Shown: one piece after another, positions 18,896 to 27,618 of the stretch | Layout: each line of letters begins with the position of its first letter | Position numbering within the stretch: the stretch's first letter is position 1 | Assembly: GCA_022396035.1 (NCBI GenBank) | Contig: JAIOXO010000008.1 | Location: 1,830-65,829 of the forward strand | Direction: 5' to 3' | Source of the DNA: Actinomycetes bacterium | GTDB lineage: Bacteria > Actinomycetota > Humimicrobiia > Humimicrobiales > Humimicrobiaceae | DNA: 64,000 nucleotides | Program-made: the position numbers and the translations under genes | Notes under the pieces: model-generated | The model's input: the letters and a program-made list of their open reading frames with translations, nothing else | Told to the model about the DNA's origin: nothing | The model's database searches: none

Positions 18896-19702
18896 ATGGA
18901 TGATAAAAATACCGAAACTACCATTATCCAGATTTCGGACCTGCATGTAGGAGAATCTCAATTTGTTCCCAGTCTTCTAACCAGGGCTATTGACGAGATA
19001 AATGAAGTAGACCCTGACATGGTGATAATTACCGGGGACCTTACCGGCAATGGCTTTAGAAGAGAGTATGACACAGTTAAAAACTACCTGGCACCCATAA
19101 AATGCGCCAATATAATAATACAGCCCGGCAACCATGATTCCAGGAATGTTGGCTATATGCATTTTGAGGATATATATGGGGAAAGGTACTTAAGTTTCAG
19201 AGATAGGGGAGTAACTGTGGTAGCTGCTGATTCCAGTGAACCGGATTTGGATAATGGACAGATAGGAAGAGAATATTATAAGTTTATAAGAAATGAATTC
19301 AGTAAATGCCAGCAAAAGGAATATAAAATTTTCAGCATGCACCATCATCTCATACCTATACCCAAGACCGGAAGGGAAAGGAATATCGTAACTGATGCCG
19401 GAGATGTTCTAGAGGTTTTGGCTGAATGCGAGGTTGACCTGGTACTTTGCGGCCACAAGCATGTTCCTTATATCTGGAGCGTGGAGGATATGTATATTCT
19501 TACTGCCGGCACTGTTTCCTGTTTGCGGTTAAGGGGTAGAATTGAACCAAGCTATAATATTATAAAAATAAGAGATGAAGCCATAGACATCTACAGAAGA
19601 TTTCCTTTTGACAAAGTGGAGAAAGTCCTGGGTTTAAAGAGAAGGACTGAAAAGAAAAAAATTAATGATAGATTTGTTAAAGAGAAAAAAGAACTTAAAT
19701 AA
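18896..19702 (+). CDS. Calcineurin-like metallophosphoesterase (CpdA/Icc-like)
   Basis: SDLH, TGDLT, PGNHD, MHHH and GHKH metal-ligand motifs. Confidence 0.9.
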   Translation: MDDKNTETTIIQISDLHVGESQFVPSLLTRAIDEINEVDPDMVIITGDLTGNGFRREYDTVKNYLAPIKCANIIIQPGNHDSRNVGYMHFEDIYGERYLSFRDRGVTVVAADSSEPDLDNGQIGREYYKFIRNEFSKCQQKEYKIFSMHHHLIPIPKTGRERNIVTDAGDVLEVLAECEVDLVLCGHKHVPYIWSVEDMYILTAGTVSCLRLRGRIEPSYNIIKIRDEAIDIYRRFPFDKVEKVLGLKRRTEKKKINDRFVKEKKELK

Positions 19703-21023
19703 GCGTCTGGTAGCGCTTATAGATGGCGAGCATTATCCCGACGTAACTCACGATGCCATACAGAAACTCAGGGACTTATTCCCTGGTGAGGTAGTGGGCA
19801 TTATTTTTCTGGGAGGAACAGAAAAGCTGATTATGGATGACCCGGAAAAATATTTCGGGGAGAAATTATTCGTTATAAAAGATCTTGATTCTGATTTCCG
19901 CAAGGCCCTAAATGTGTTCCACCCGGATATAGCCTATGATCTGAGTGATGAACCGGTAGTAAATTACAGGATTAGAATGAAAATAGCTTCCTACTGTATG
20001 GCTGCTGGTTGCAGTTATATGGGTCCTGATTTCTTGTTTGAATATAGCCCTAAATCATTAAGTATAAGCAAGCCATCTATTTCCATTATCGGCACCGGCA
20101 AAAGGCTGGGCAAAACAGCTATAAGTGGTTATATATCCAAACAGATGGTTAAAAACAATATAGATGTTTGCGTCCTGGCTATGGGAAGGGGCGGCCCGGC
20201 CCAGCCCCAGGTAATTAAGGGAGGCGATGTTAAGATAACCCCGGAATTCCTTTTAGATTTGAGCCACAAGGGGCTCCATGCCAGTTCTGACTATCTTGAA
20301 GATGCTTTAATGAGCAGTATTACTACTGTAGGTTGCAGAAGATGTGGAGGGGGATTTGGCGGTAAGATATTTTTGACCAATATAAAACAGGGTATTAAGA
20401 AAGTGGAACAGATAGATCCTCATCTGGCAATAGTGGAGGGAAGCGGGGCTTCAATACCTGATGTAAAGACCGATGCTGCTATCTGTGTTATGGGGGCTTA
20501 CCAGGACTGGGATAGTATAATTGGATACTTGGGCCTTTATAGAATAATGGTATCGGATATGGTGGTGATAACCATGTGTGAATCACCTTTGGCAGACCAG
20601 AACAAAATAGATTTTCTCAAACAGCAGGTGGCCTTATTAAACCCTTCGGCAAAAGTATTTACTTCTGTGTTCAGGCCCCAGCCCTTACAGGATATAAAGG
20701 GTAGGCAGGTTTTTGTAGCCATGACTGCAAAACATAATATCGAGAAGGAAATTAAAACCTATATAGAAAAACAATTTAGCTGCAGGGTAAAATATATTTC
20801 ATTTAATCTTTCTAACCGAAAACGGCTGAGAAGGGATTTGGAGACTGCTGAGGGGTATGATACTATACTAACTGAACTTAAAGCAGCATCCGTAGATGTA
20901 CTTACTGATTTTGCTTTCAGTAATGAAAAACTTATTGTTTATATGAATAATATCCCCATTATGAATGACTCTATCCAGTTTGAGCAGGAATTGTTAAATA
21001 TTTATGGAAGGATAAACAAATAA
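19665..21023 (+). CDS. cpgS: Cyclic 2,3-diphosphoglycerate synthetase
   Basis: 452 aa. ALIDGEHYP, DLSDEPV, GTGKRLGKT, AMGRGGP, HASSDYLED, GCRRCGGG and TELKAASVD motifs as in archaeal cDPGS. Confidence 0.88.
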   Translation: MIDLLKRKKNLNKRLVALIDGEHYPDVTHDAIQKLRDLFPGEVVGIIFLGGTEKLIMDDPEKYFGEKLFVIKDLDSDFRKALNVFHPDIAYDLSDEPVVNYRIRMKIASYCMAAGCSYMGPDFLFEYSPKSLSISKPSISIIGTGKRLGKTAISGYISKQMVKNNIDVCVLAMGRGGPAQPQVIKGGDVKITPEFLLDLSHKGLHASSDYLEDALMSSITTVGCRRCGGGFGGKIFLTNIKQGIKKVEQIDPHLAIVEGSGASIPDVKTDAAICVMGAYQDWDSIIGYLGLYRIMVSDMVVITMCESPLADQNKIDFLKQQVALLNPSAKVFTSVFRPQPLQDIKGRQVFVAMTAKHNIEKEIKTYIEKQFSCRVKYISFNLSNRKRLRRDLETAEGYDTILTELKAASVDVLTDFAFSNEKLIVYMNNIPIMNDSIQFEQELLNIYGRINK

Positions 21024-21956
21024 ATGCAAAAAAGGTATCCACCGGAACCCAATGTAATAGTAATATCGGACAAAAAAAGCGGTTTGCCTTTTTCCAAGGG
21101 CATACTGGCTTCTTCCATAGCAGTAGCTGGCCTGGATTATGCTACTTCCCACCGGATTGCTTTAGATATTCAGGAATATTTTATAGACAATAAAATAAAT
21201 TCAGTCTCGCTGGAAGAACTTAGATCCCTGGCTTTCAGGTTTATAAAAGAGGAAGTGGGGCTGGAGCAGGCTGAAAAATATCTGTTGTGGCAGTCGGTAG
21301 GCAAACTCAAAAAACCTACCATAATTTTAATAGGCGGAGCCACAGGGGTAGGCAAATCAACTATTGCTACCCTTATTGCCAGCAGGCTCAATATAACCAG
21401 GATTGTATCCACTGACGCTATCAGGGAAGTTATGAGGGCTTCGGTTTCGGATAAATTGATCCGGCCGCTGAGAGGGTCTTCTTATAATGCATATAAAAAC
21501 CTTACTCTGCCGCCTTCAGGAGTGGAACCGGTAATCCTTGGTTTCAGGGAGCAGGTAATGGCTGTAGCGGTGGGAGTAGAGGCAATTATAAGGAGGAGCG
21601 TAGAAGAGAAATCTGACATTGTGATAGAGGGAGCCCATGTAGTCCCTGGTTATTTAGATATTGAGGAGTTTGCCTCCAAAGCCCTTATAATCGAGATTGT
21701 AATTTCAGTTCCAGATAAGGAAGTACATAAGGAGCATTTTACCAAGCGAACCTATGAAACTCAGGGCTCCAGGCCAATGCAAAGGTATATTAAGCATCTG
21801 GACAAGATTCAAAAAATACAGGCATACATTGAAGAATTAGCTTCAAAAAACAGGGTCAAGAAAATTGTTAATTACGACCTGGACAGCACTGTATCTGAGG
21901 TGCTGGAAGTTATATTTGCTATGGTAAAAAAAGAGTTCAGCAAGGTAGGAAATTAG
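21024..21956 (+). CDS. pgk2: 2-phosphoglycerate kinase (ATP-cone + P-loop)
   Basis: N-terminal PFSKGILA ATP-cone, LIGGATGVGKST, STDAIREVMR and IEGAHVVPG. Abuts cpgS. Confidence 0.88.
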   Translation: MQKRYPPEPNVIVISDKKSGLPFSKGILASSIAVAGLDYATSHRIALDIQEYFIDNKINSVSLEELRSLAFRFIKEEVGLEQAEKYLLWQSVGKLKKPTIILIGGATGVGKSTIATLIASRLNITRIVSTDAIREVMRASVSDKLIRPLRGSSYNAYKNLTLPPSGVEPVILGFREQVMAVAVGVEAIIRRSVEEKSDIVIEGAHVVPGYLDIEEFASKALIIEIVISVPDKEVHKEHFTKRTYETQGSRPMQRYIKHLDKIQKIQAYIEELASKNRVKKIVNYDLDSTVSEVLEVIFAMVKKEFSKVGN

Positions 21957-21959
21957 TAT

Positions 21960-22379
21960 TTATTCTATCTCAAATTCAGTGGTTAGGACAGGGTGGTTTA
22001 CAAGGTTGACCGAAACCCTGTATTTTCCCTCCGGCACCAGACCGTTTCTCTTTACCATGGTTATGGTTATTATTCCCGAACCGCTATTTTCTGGATATAT
22101 GGTATCATGCTGCACAGCTATGTAGTCGCCATCTTCATATTTTTTCCAGCTGACCTCTATCATGTTATCTAGTTTCAGGTTTTCTGCTTCGATCAACAGG
22201 AATATATCGGTTATAGAATCAGAAGAGAATAGGGGATCAAGGATGCTGTTTTCAGGCATATTGTTCTGACTGGAAACATAGATGCCTTTAATTTTGGGCT
22301 CTTTGTAGACGGTAGTAACAGAGATGGCAATGAGAATAAATGTACAAACAATAATTATTATGATACTTTTCTTGGTCAT
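21960..22379 (-). CDS. Hypothetical membrane-anchored protein with probable beta-sandwich domain
   Basis: 139 aa. N-terminal TM helix, then a beta-rich segment ending GKYRVSVNL. Confidence 0.55.
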   Translation of the reverse strand: MTKKSIIIIIVCTFILIAISVTTVYKEPKIKGIYVSSQNNMPENSILDPLFSSDSITDIFLLIEAENLKLDNMIEVSWKKYEDGDYIAVQHDTIYPENSGSGIITITMVKRNGLVPEGKYRVSVNLVNHPVLTTEFEIE

Positions 22380-22475
22380 AATTTCCTAGTCTAATTTTTA
22401 GGTTATTATAAGTGGTATTAGTTAATTTTTCTAATGGTGAAATAAAAACTCTATAACAGGCTTATCCTTTTCTAT

Positions 22476-22504
22476 TTGACTTAAACTTTTTTATGGGCTA
22501 TATT
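22476..22504 (+). promoter_or_regulatory. Putative sigma70 promoter
   Basis: TTGACT-17-TATATT upstream of 22531. Confidence 0.5.
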
Positions 22505-22530
22505 TTCTAAATAATTCTTAAGGAGGAATA

Positions 22531-22830
22531 ATGCCCATATATAGTTATAAGTGTACCAGTTGCGGAAAAGTTTTTGATAAATTACAGAAACCTGGTGGAA
22601 ACGGCAAAACTGAATGTGAATTTTGCGAAGGAGAAGCAATTAAGATATTTTCTCCTGTGGGAATAATATTTAAAGGTTCAGGTTTTTATAAAACTGATTA
22701 TGGTTCAAAGTCAAAGACTTCTGCTACCAGCAGCGCCAAGCCTGAAACTGAAACAAAAAGCAAAGATACAAAAAAAGACACTGAAGCTTCTAAAAAAGAA
22801 GCAACCAAATCAGCCAAGTCTTCTGCTTAA
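22531..22830 (+). CDS. FmdB-family zinc-ribbon protein
   Basis: MPIYSYKCTSCG...CEFCEG...IFKGSGFYKTDY with a low-complexity Lys/Ser/Thr tail. Strong SD. Confidence 0.85.
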   Translation: MPIYSYKCTSCGKVFDKLQKPGGNGKTECEFCEGEAIKIFSPVGIIFKGSGFYKTDYGSKSKTSATSSAKPETETKSKDTKKDTEASKKEATKSAKSSA

Positions 22831-22875
22831 GTCTGCTTTTGTAAAAAATTTTTATTCTATTTATAATTACTTCAA

Positions 22876-23343
22876 ATGATTTTTTTATTAATCTTATCCT
22901 TTATATTAATATGGGTTCAGCTGTCCAGCCTGAGATTTCTGGTAGCGGCAAAAAATAATAGCGCAATTCTTGATAATGCTGAAAAGCTTGAACAGGAGAT
23001 GCCTGAGAAGAAGGATATTTCATTAAAGTCATTGCCGGTATTATTTTCCCTGGGAACAGTAATCTCTCTAAACCTAATAGAAATCGCCTATTTTGTGGTA
23101 TGTGTATATGTGTTTGCAGACCTTATTACCAAAATTGGAAGTTCCATAATGGTAGGCTATTCCATTTATTCTCTGATAAAATTTATACCCAGGGTAAAAA
23201 AATTCTTCCAGAAACCGGCCCAATACTTAAGGCAGAAAACACAGGGTTTTGAAAGGAAGCTCAACCTGGTTATGGCTTCTATTGAAATTGTTTTTTGTTC
23301 ATATATACTTATAAAGACATTAATTAAATACAAGGTCTTTTAA
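22876..23343 (+). CDS. Hypothetical membrane protein (about 4 TM)
   Basis: 155-aa hydrophobic ORF with no recognised motif. Confidence 0.55.
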   Translation: MIFLLILSFILIWVQLSSLRFLVAAKNNSAILDNAEKLEQEMPEKKDISLKSLPVLFSLGTVISLNLIEIAYFVVCVYVFADLITKIGSSIMVGYSIYSLIKFIPRVKKFFQKPAQYLRQKTQGFERKLNLVMASIEIVFCSYILIKTLIKYKVF

Positions 23344-23346
23344 CCA

Positions 23347-23907
23347 GTGGCAGAAAAGAAGACAACTAAAAAGCTTCCAGTGATAATAGGGACAGTAATT
23401 AGCGTTGCCTTTATTGTATTACTGATAATATTTATCCCTCAGATACTGGGTAATTTAAATAATCAGGGCGCAACCAGCCAGATTATCGTGCCCGAGAAAC
23501 AGGAAAAAGAAGAAGAGGACGATAACCAGTTATATGACCAGCTGGAGGGCAACCAGGATCTTATTGATACTTTCTCCTGCTTCTATTACCCTGATTCAGA
23601 AATTAAGGCTTTTGAAGTTATTGAACAGGACGAGGACTTGCTGTATTTACAGTTAGAAACTGATGAAGATTTTGGAACAGTTCAGGACTTTTATAAAAGT
23701 AAAAAAGTACAGTCTGTATGGTCCCAGTCCGATATTTTTGAAAGCAGCACACTTTCTTTGGAACAACAATTCTTGGATGGCGAGGCTTCCAGCCTAAGCG
23801 CAAAGTTTACTTATAACAGCAATCAGAGAGATAGAGTGGTAAATATTTTGATTAATTCCATGGCTGAGAACAAAACAGATATTATGATTATCTACTGGAA
23901 TCTTTAG
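23347..23907 (+). CDS. Hypothetical membrane-anchored protein
   Basis: 186 aa. Single N-terminal TM followed by an acidic domain; coupled to its neighbours. Confidence 0.55.
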   Translation: MAEKKTTKKLPVIIGTVISVAFIVLLIIFIPQILGNLNNQGATSQIIVPEKQEKEEEDDNQLYDQLEGNQDLIDTFSCFYYPDSEIKAFEVIEQDEDLLYLQLETDEDFGTVQDFYKSKKVQSVWSQSDIFESSTLSLEQQFLDGEASSLSAKFTYNSNQRDRVVNILINSMAENKTDIMIIYWNL

Positions 23908-23913
23908 GTACCA

Positions 23914-25272
23914 ATGGAAGAAAACAGTATATCCAGGCCCAGAATTTATTCGGTTAGTGAATTAAACTCCAATATAAAAAAATCACTGGAACAATCCTTC
24001 AACAATATATGGGTGGAAGGGGAGGTAAGCAACTTCTATTTCCACAATAACCGTCACATGTATTTTGATTTAAAAGATGAATATTCCAAGATAAAAGTGG
24101 TAATGTTTTATCAGCAAAATAAGAATCTTTTATTTGATATTGCTGATGGATTACATATCCTGGTTAACGGGTATGTTTCCCTTTATGAAAAAAGAGGTGA
24201 ATACCAGGTAATTGCAACTGATGTAAAACCGGTAGGCAAGGGTGCGCTTATTCTGGCTTTTGAGCAACTTAAGGAGAAACTGGAAAAAGGGGGATACTTT
24301 GATCCCGAAATAAAGAAACAGATACCGCTGCTTCCCCAAAAAATAGGATTGGCCACTTCTACCGGCGGGGCAGTTATAAGGGATATAATTTCGGTCCTTA
24401 ACCGCAGATCAGGTAAATATCGCCTGATAATAAGAAATGTAAATGTACAAGGCCCTGCTTCCGCAGAAGATGTATGTGAAGCTATTGACGATTTATCCAA
24501 TTATGGGGTAGATGTAATTATAATTGCCAGGGGTGGGGGATCCCTGGAGGATCTGTGGGGGTTTAATACCGAGATTCTGGCAGATAAGATAATAAGCTGT
24601 AATACCCCCATTATTTCTGCGATTGGACATGAGACTGATTATACTATTTCTGATTTTGTAGCCGATATAAGGGCTGCCACCCCTTCGGTGGCAGCGGAGA
24701 TGGTTACCCTGGATAAAACCAAAGCTATAGAAGATATAGAAAAATTGAAGGCTAAGCTAAACGATATTGCTGGTTCCATAATAAAACAAAATATGAGGGA
24801 ATTACATTACCTTGTAGACCGGAAGGTATTTAGGCAGCCACAATCAATTCTGTCTCAAAGCTGGCAGCTGGTGGACGATTATCACCTGAAGCTGATTACC
24901 CGTACCAGAGAAGTGACAGGTTCCAAGAGCCATAAATTATCAATAGCTGCGGGCAGATTGAGCTATAGGAGTTTGACACAAAAGATTGATAACCTGAATT
25001 TAATTCTAAAAGGTTATCATAACCGTTTAGAATCTTCTATTTCCAGGATAGTCAAAAAGAAAAGAAATCAGGTTGAGCTATTTTTAAAAAGTCTTCAGCA
25101 TAACAGTCCAGCGTATATACTTGGCAAAGGTTTTGGTATAGTATACGATGAAAAGAAAAGAGTTATAAGAAGCATAAATCAGGTGCAGATTGGCCAGAGG
25201 ATTAAAGTTACGCTTAGCGATGGGTCTCTTATATCCAATGTATTGAAAAAACTGAGTGAAGGGCAAGGTTGA
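23914..25272 (+). CDS. xseA: Exodeoxyribonuclease VII large subunit
   Basis: WVEGEVSN, HMYFDLKD, IIARGGGSLEDL, SAIGHETD and AATPS. Confidence 0.95.
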   Translation: MEENSISRPRIYSVSELNSNIKKSLEQSFNNIWVEGEVSNFYFHNNRHMYFDLKDEYSKIKVVMFYQQNKNLLFDIADGLHILVNGYVSLYEKRGEYQVIATDVKPVGKGALILAFEQLKEKLEKGGYFDPEIKKQIPLLPQKIGLATSTGGAVIRDIISVLNRRSGKYRLIIRNVNVQGPASAEDVCEAIDDLSNYGVDVIIIARGGGSLEDLWGFNTEILADKIISCNTPIISAIGHETDYTISDFVADIRAATPSVAAEMVTLDKTKAIEDIEKLKAKLNDIAGSIIKQNMRELHYLVDRKVFRQPQSILSQSWQLVDDYHLKLITRTREVTGSKSHKLSIAAGRLSYRSLTQKIDNLNLILKGYHNRLESSISRIVKKKRNQVELFLKSLQHNSPAYILGKGFGIVYDEKKRVIRSINQVQIGQRIKVTLSDGSLISNVLKKLSEGQG

Positions 25273-25273
25273 T

Positions 25274-25513
25274 ATGGATAAAAAATTTGAAAACATGGAT
25301 TTTGAAAAAGCATTAAAGGAATTAGAAAAAACCGTAAAAGAGCTGGAAGATGAAAACATTTCTTTGGAAAGCGCCATGGAAAAGTTTGAAACAGGCATAA
25401 AACTGTCCTCTCTCTGCTTAAACAAATTAAACCAGGCAGAAAAGAAAATAGAAGAACTCTCCAAATCCGATGACGGAAAGCTGATAACCAGGGAACTCCA
25501 GATAGAGGAATAA
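25274..25513 (+). CDS. xseB: Exodeoxyribonuclease VII small subunit
   Basis: FEKALKELE...LESAMEKFETG. ATG at 25274 follows the xseA stop. Confidence 0.92.
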   Translation: MDKKFENMDFEKALKELEKTVKELEDENISLESAMEKFETGIKLSSLCLNKLNQAEKKIEELSKSDDGKLITRELQIEE

Positions 25514-25587
25514 ATCCTGCACACCAAAAGTAGGAAAAAGTAATAATACTTTCACCACAATAATCTTAAAAAGAAAATAAAAAAAAG

Positions 25588-25643
25588 TAGACAAATATGT
25601 AGTAATGTGGTATCTTTATGGTGTGATGTGGAGGAAAGTGGAG
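25588..25643 (+). promoter_or_regulatory. dcw promoter with MraZ-binding direct repeats
   Basis: TAGACA-17-(TG)TATCTT overlapped by about 10-bp-periodic hexamers: GTGGTA (25607), ATGGTG (25618), GTGGAG (25628) and GTGGAG (25638). Confidence 0.75.
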
Positions 25644-25695
25644 GAAAAGTACATAGAAAAACCTCTATTTAACAAAAAAATGGTGAGGCTGGCCA

Positions 25696-26130
25696 ATGTT
25701 CCTGGGAGAATATAAGAGGGTTATAGATAAAAAAGGAAGAATATTTATCCCTTCCAAGTTCAGGGAAGATTTGTTTAGTGGGGTTATTATTTCAAAAGGC
25801 TTTGATGAGAGATGCCTTTTTTTGTTTTCCAGGGAAGGCTGGACCAAGCTTCGAGATAGAATTATATCCATGCCGGTAACCAAAAAAAATACCCAGAAGT
25901 TTTCAAGATGGTTTTTCTCTTCAGCTACTGAGGAAGGAATGGATCAGCAGGGAAGAGTAAAAATTCCTCAGAGTTTAATAGAATATTCACAGATAAAAAA
26001 AGATATTGTACTGGTCGGGGTTTCAGACAGGGCCGAAATATGGGCAAAAGAGGTATGGGATGAGTACTACAGGCAGGCAGATGACCAGTTTATGGGTAAA
26101 GATACAACTTTTGAAGATTTAGGTTTTTAA
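25696..26130 (+). CDS. mraZ: Division/cell-wall cluster repressor MraZ
   Basis: MFLGEY..IDKKGRIFIP, DQQGRVKIP and GVSDRAEIW. Confidence 0.95.
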   Translation: MFLGEYKRVIDKKGRIFIPSKFREDLFSGVIISKGFDERCLFLFSREGWTKLRDRIISMPVTKKNTQKFSRWFFSSATEEGMDQQGRVKIPQSLIEYSQIKKDIVLVGVSDRAEIWAKEVWDEYYRQADDQFMGKDTTFEDLGF

Positions 26131-26136
26131 AAGGAC

Positions 26137-27075
26137 ATGATAATAAATGAATATCATGAACCGGTTCTTTTACAGGAGGTTTTAAGTTATCTAGATTTAA
26201 AACAAGGCGATACTGTTTTTGATGGAACACTTGGCGGTGCTGGCCATACTATAGCAATAATTAAAGAAATTGCCCCCACAGGCAAAGTAATTGGAGTAGA
26301 TCTAAGTAGCCAGGCCATAAGCACCGCCACCAGAAAACTTGAAAGATTTAAGGACAAAGTAATATTGGTTAATGATAATTTTGCCAATATTAAAAGTATT
26401 CTGGAGGAGCTTGGATTTATCACAGTGGACAAGATATTGCTTGATTTGGGGTTATCTTCCTATCAGATTGAAAAATCAGGCAAAGGTTTTAGTTATATCA
26501 GAGATGAGAAACTGGATATGAGATTCGGATCCCGGGGATTAAGTGCTTATGAAGTGGTAAATCATTACCGGGAAGAAGACCTGAAGAAGATATTTTACCA
26601 GTATGGGGAAGAGAAGTGGGCTAAGATGATAGCAGCTAACATTGTCAGCAAAAGAGAGAAAGAAGAAATCCGGACTACTGGCAGGCTGGCTGAAATTGTA
26701 GCTGAATCGATACCGCGCAGCAGAAAACCAAGAAAGGGTCACCCGGCCAAAAGGGTTTTTCAGGCCATACGTATTGAAGTAAATGAAGAGCTGAAGAACC
26801 TTAGTACTGCAATTGATGATGGATTTGAAGTATTATCCGAAGGCGGAAGAATGGCTATTATATCTTATCATTCATTGGAAGACAGGATAGTCAAGAATAA
26901 GTTTCTGGATTTTAAAGGCAAGTGCACTTGCCCCCCAGATTTTCCTGTATGCAGGTGTGGGGCAGTAAAGAAAGCGAACCTGTTAACTAAAAAAGCGGTA
27001 AAAGCCACCCTACAAGAGGTTGAGAAAAATCCCAGGGCTAGTAGTGCAAAATTAAGGGTAATAGAAAAGATATAG
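26137..27075 (+). CDS. rsmH: 16S rRNA m4C1402 methyltransferase
   Basis: HEPVLL, DGTLGGAGH, DLGLSS, LDMR, FQAIRIEVN, SYHSLEDR and NPRASSAKLR. Confidence 0.95.
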   Translation: MIINEYHEPVLLQEVLSYLDLKQGDTVFDGTLGGAGHTIAIIKEIAPTGKVIGVDLSSQAISTATRKLERFKDKVILVNDNFANIKSILEELGFITVDKILLDLGLSSYQIEKSGKGFSYIRDEKLDMRFGSRGLSAYEVVNHYREEDLKKIFYQYGEEKWAKMIAANIVSKREKEEIRTTGRLAEIVAESIPRSRKPRKGHPAKRVFQAIRIEVNEELKNLSTAIDDGFEVLSEGGRMAIISYHSLEDRIVKNKFLDFKGKCTCPPDFPVCRCGAVKKANLLTKKAVKATLQEVEKNPRASSAKLRVIEKI

Positions 27076-27079
27076 GAAC

Positions 27080-27610
27080 ATGGGTTTAAAATTAGCACAA
27101 AAAGAAAATGTGTACTCTAGGAGGTCTTATCCTCTGCTTTATCTGGTGGATAAAAGCCAGAAAGGTAAGCAAAAAATTGTGTATTCCAACAGCAGTCTGT
27201 TTTATTTGATAGTGGCTGCAGTTATAATGGTTTGTATGGGAGCATTGTTTAATGTTGGTTTAAAAATACAGAACATAAACTACCAGGAAGAGATTCTGAA
27301 TTTAAACCAGATGATCTCCGTCGAAGAAGAAAGACAGGACAGATTACTGCTTAGAGTATCTGAACTCAAGTCTCCAAAAAGAATACTGGATGTAGCTTCC
27401 CAGAGTCTGGGTATGGAAATATCCGAGAATATGGAAGTAATCGAGGTTGCCCAGGCAGATATTGAGACCAATGAACAGATGCAGCAGTATCTGGCTAAGG
27501 GGCCATCGGATGCAGCCGAGCAATACAATAATTTTATGGGCACTATTTATTATGTGCAGGATATAGTAATGGTGGTATCTGAAAGCGTTTTAACATTTTT
27601 TATACCCTGA
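27080..27610 (+). CDS. ftsL: Cell division protein FtsL-like (with C-terminal extension)
   Basis: Lies between rsmH and the PBP gene. One TM, a coiled coil, and the LKSPKRI...LGM motif. Confidence 0.7.
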   Translation: MGLKLAQKENVYSRRSYPLLYLVDKSQKGKQKIVYSNSSLFYLIVAAVIMVCMGALFNVGLKIQNINYQEEILNLNQMISVEEERQDRLLLRVSELKSPKRILDVASQSLGMEISENMEVIEVAQADIETNEQMQQYLAKGPSDAAEQYNNFMGTIYYVQDIVMVVSESVLTFFIP

Positions 27611-27618
27611 TATAAGAT

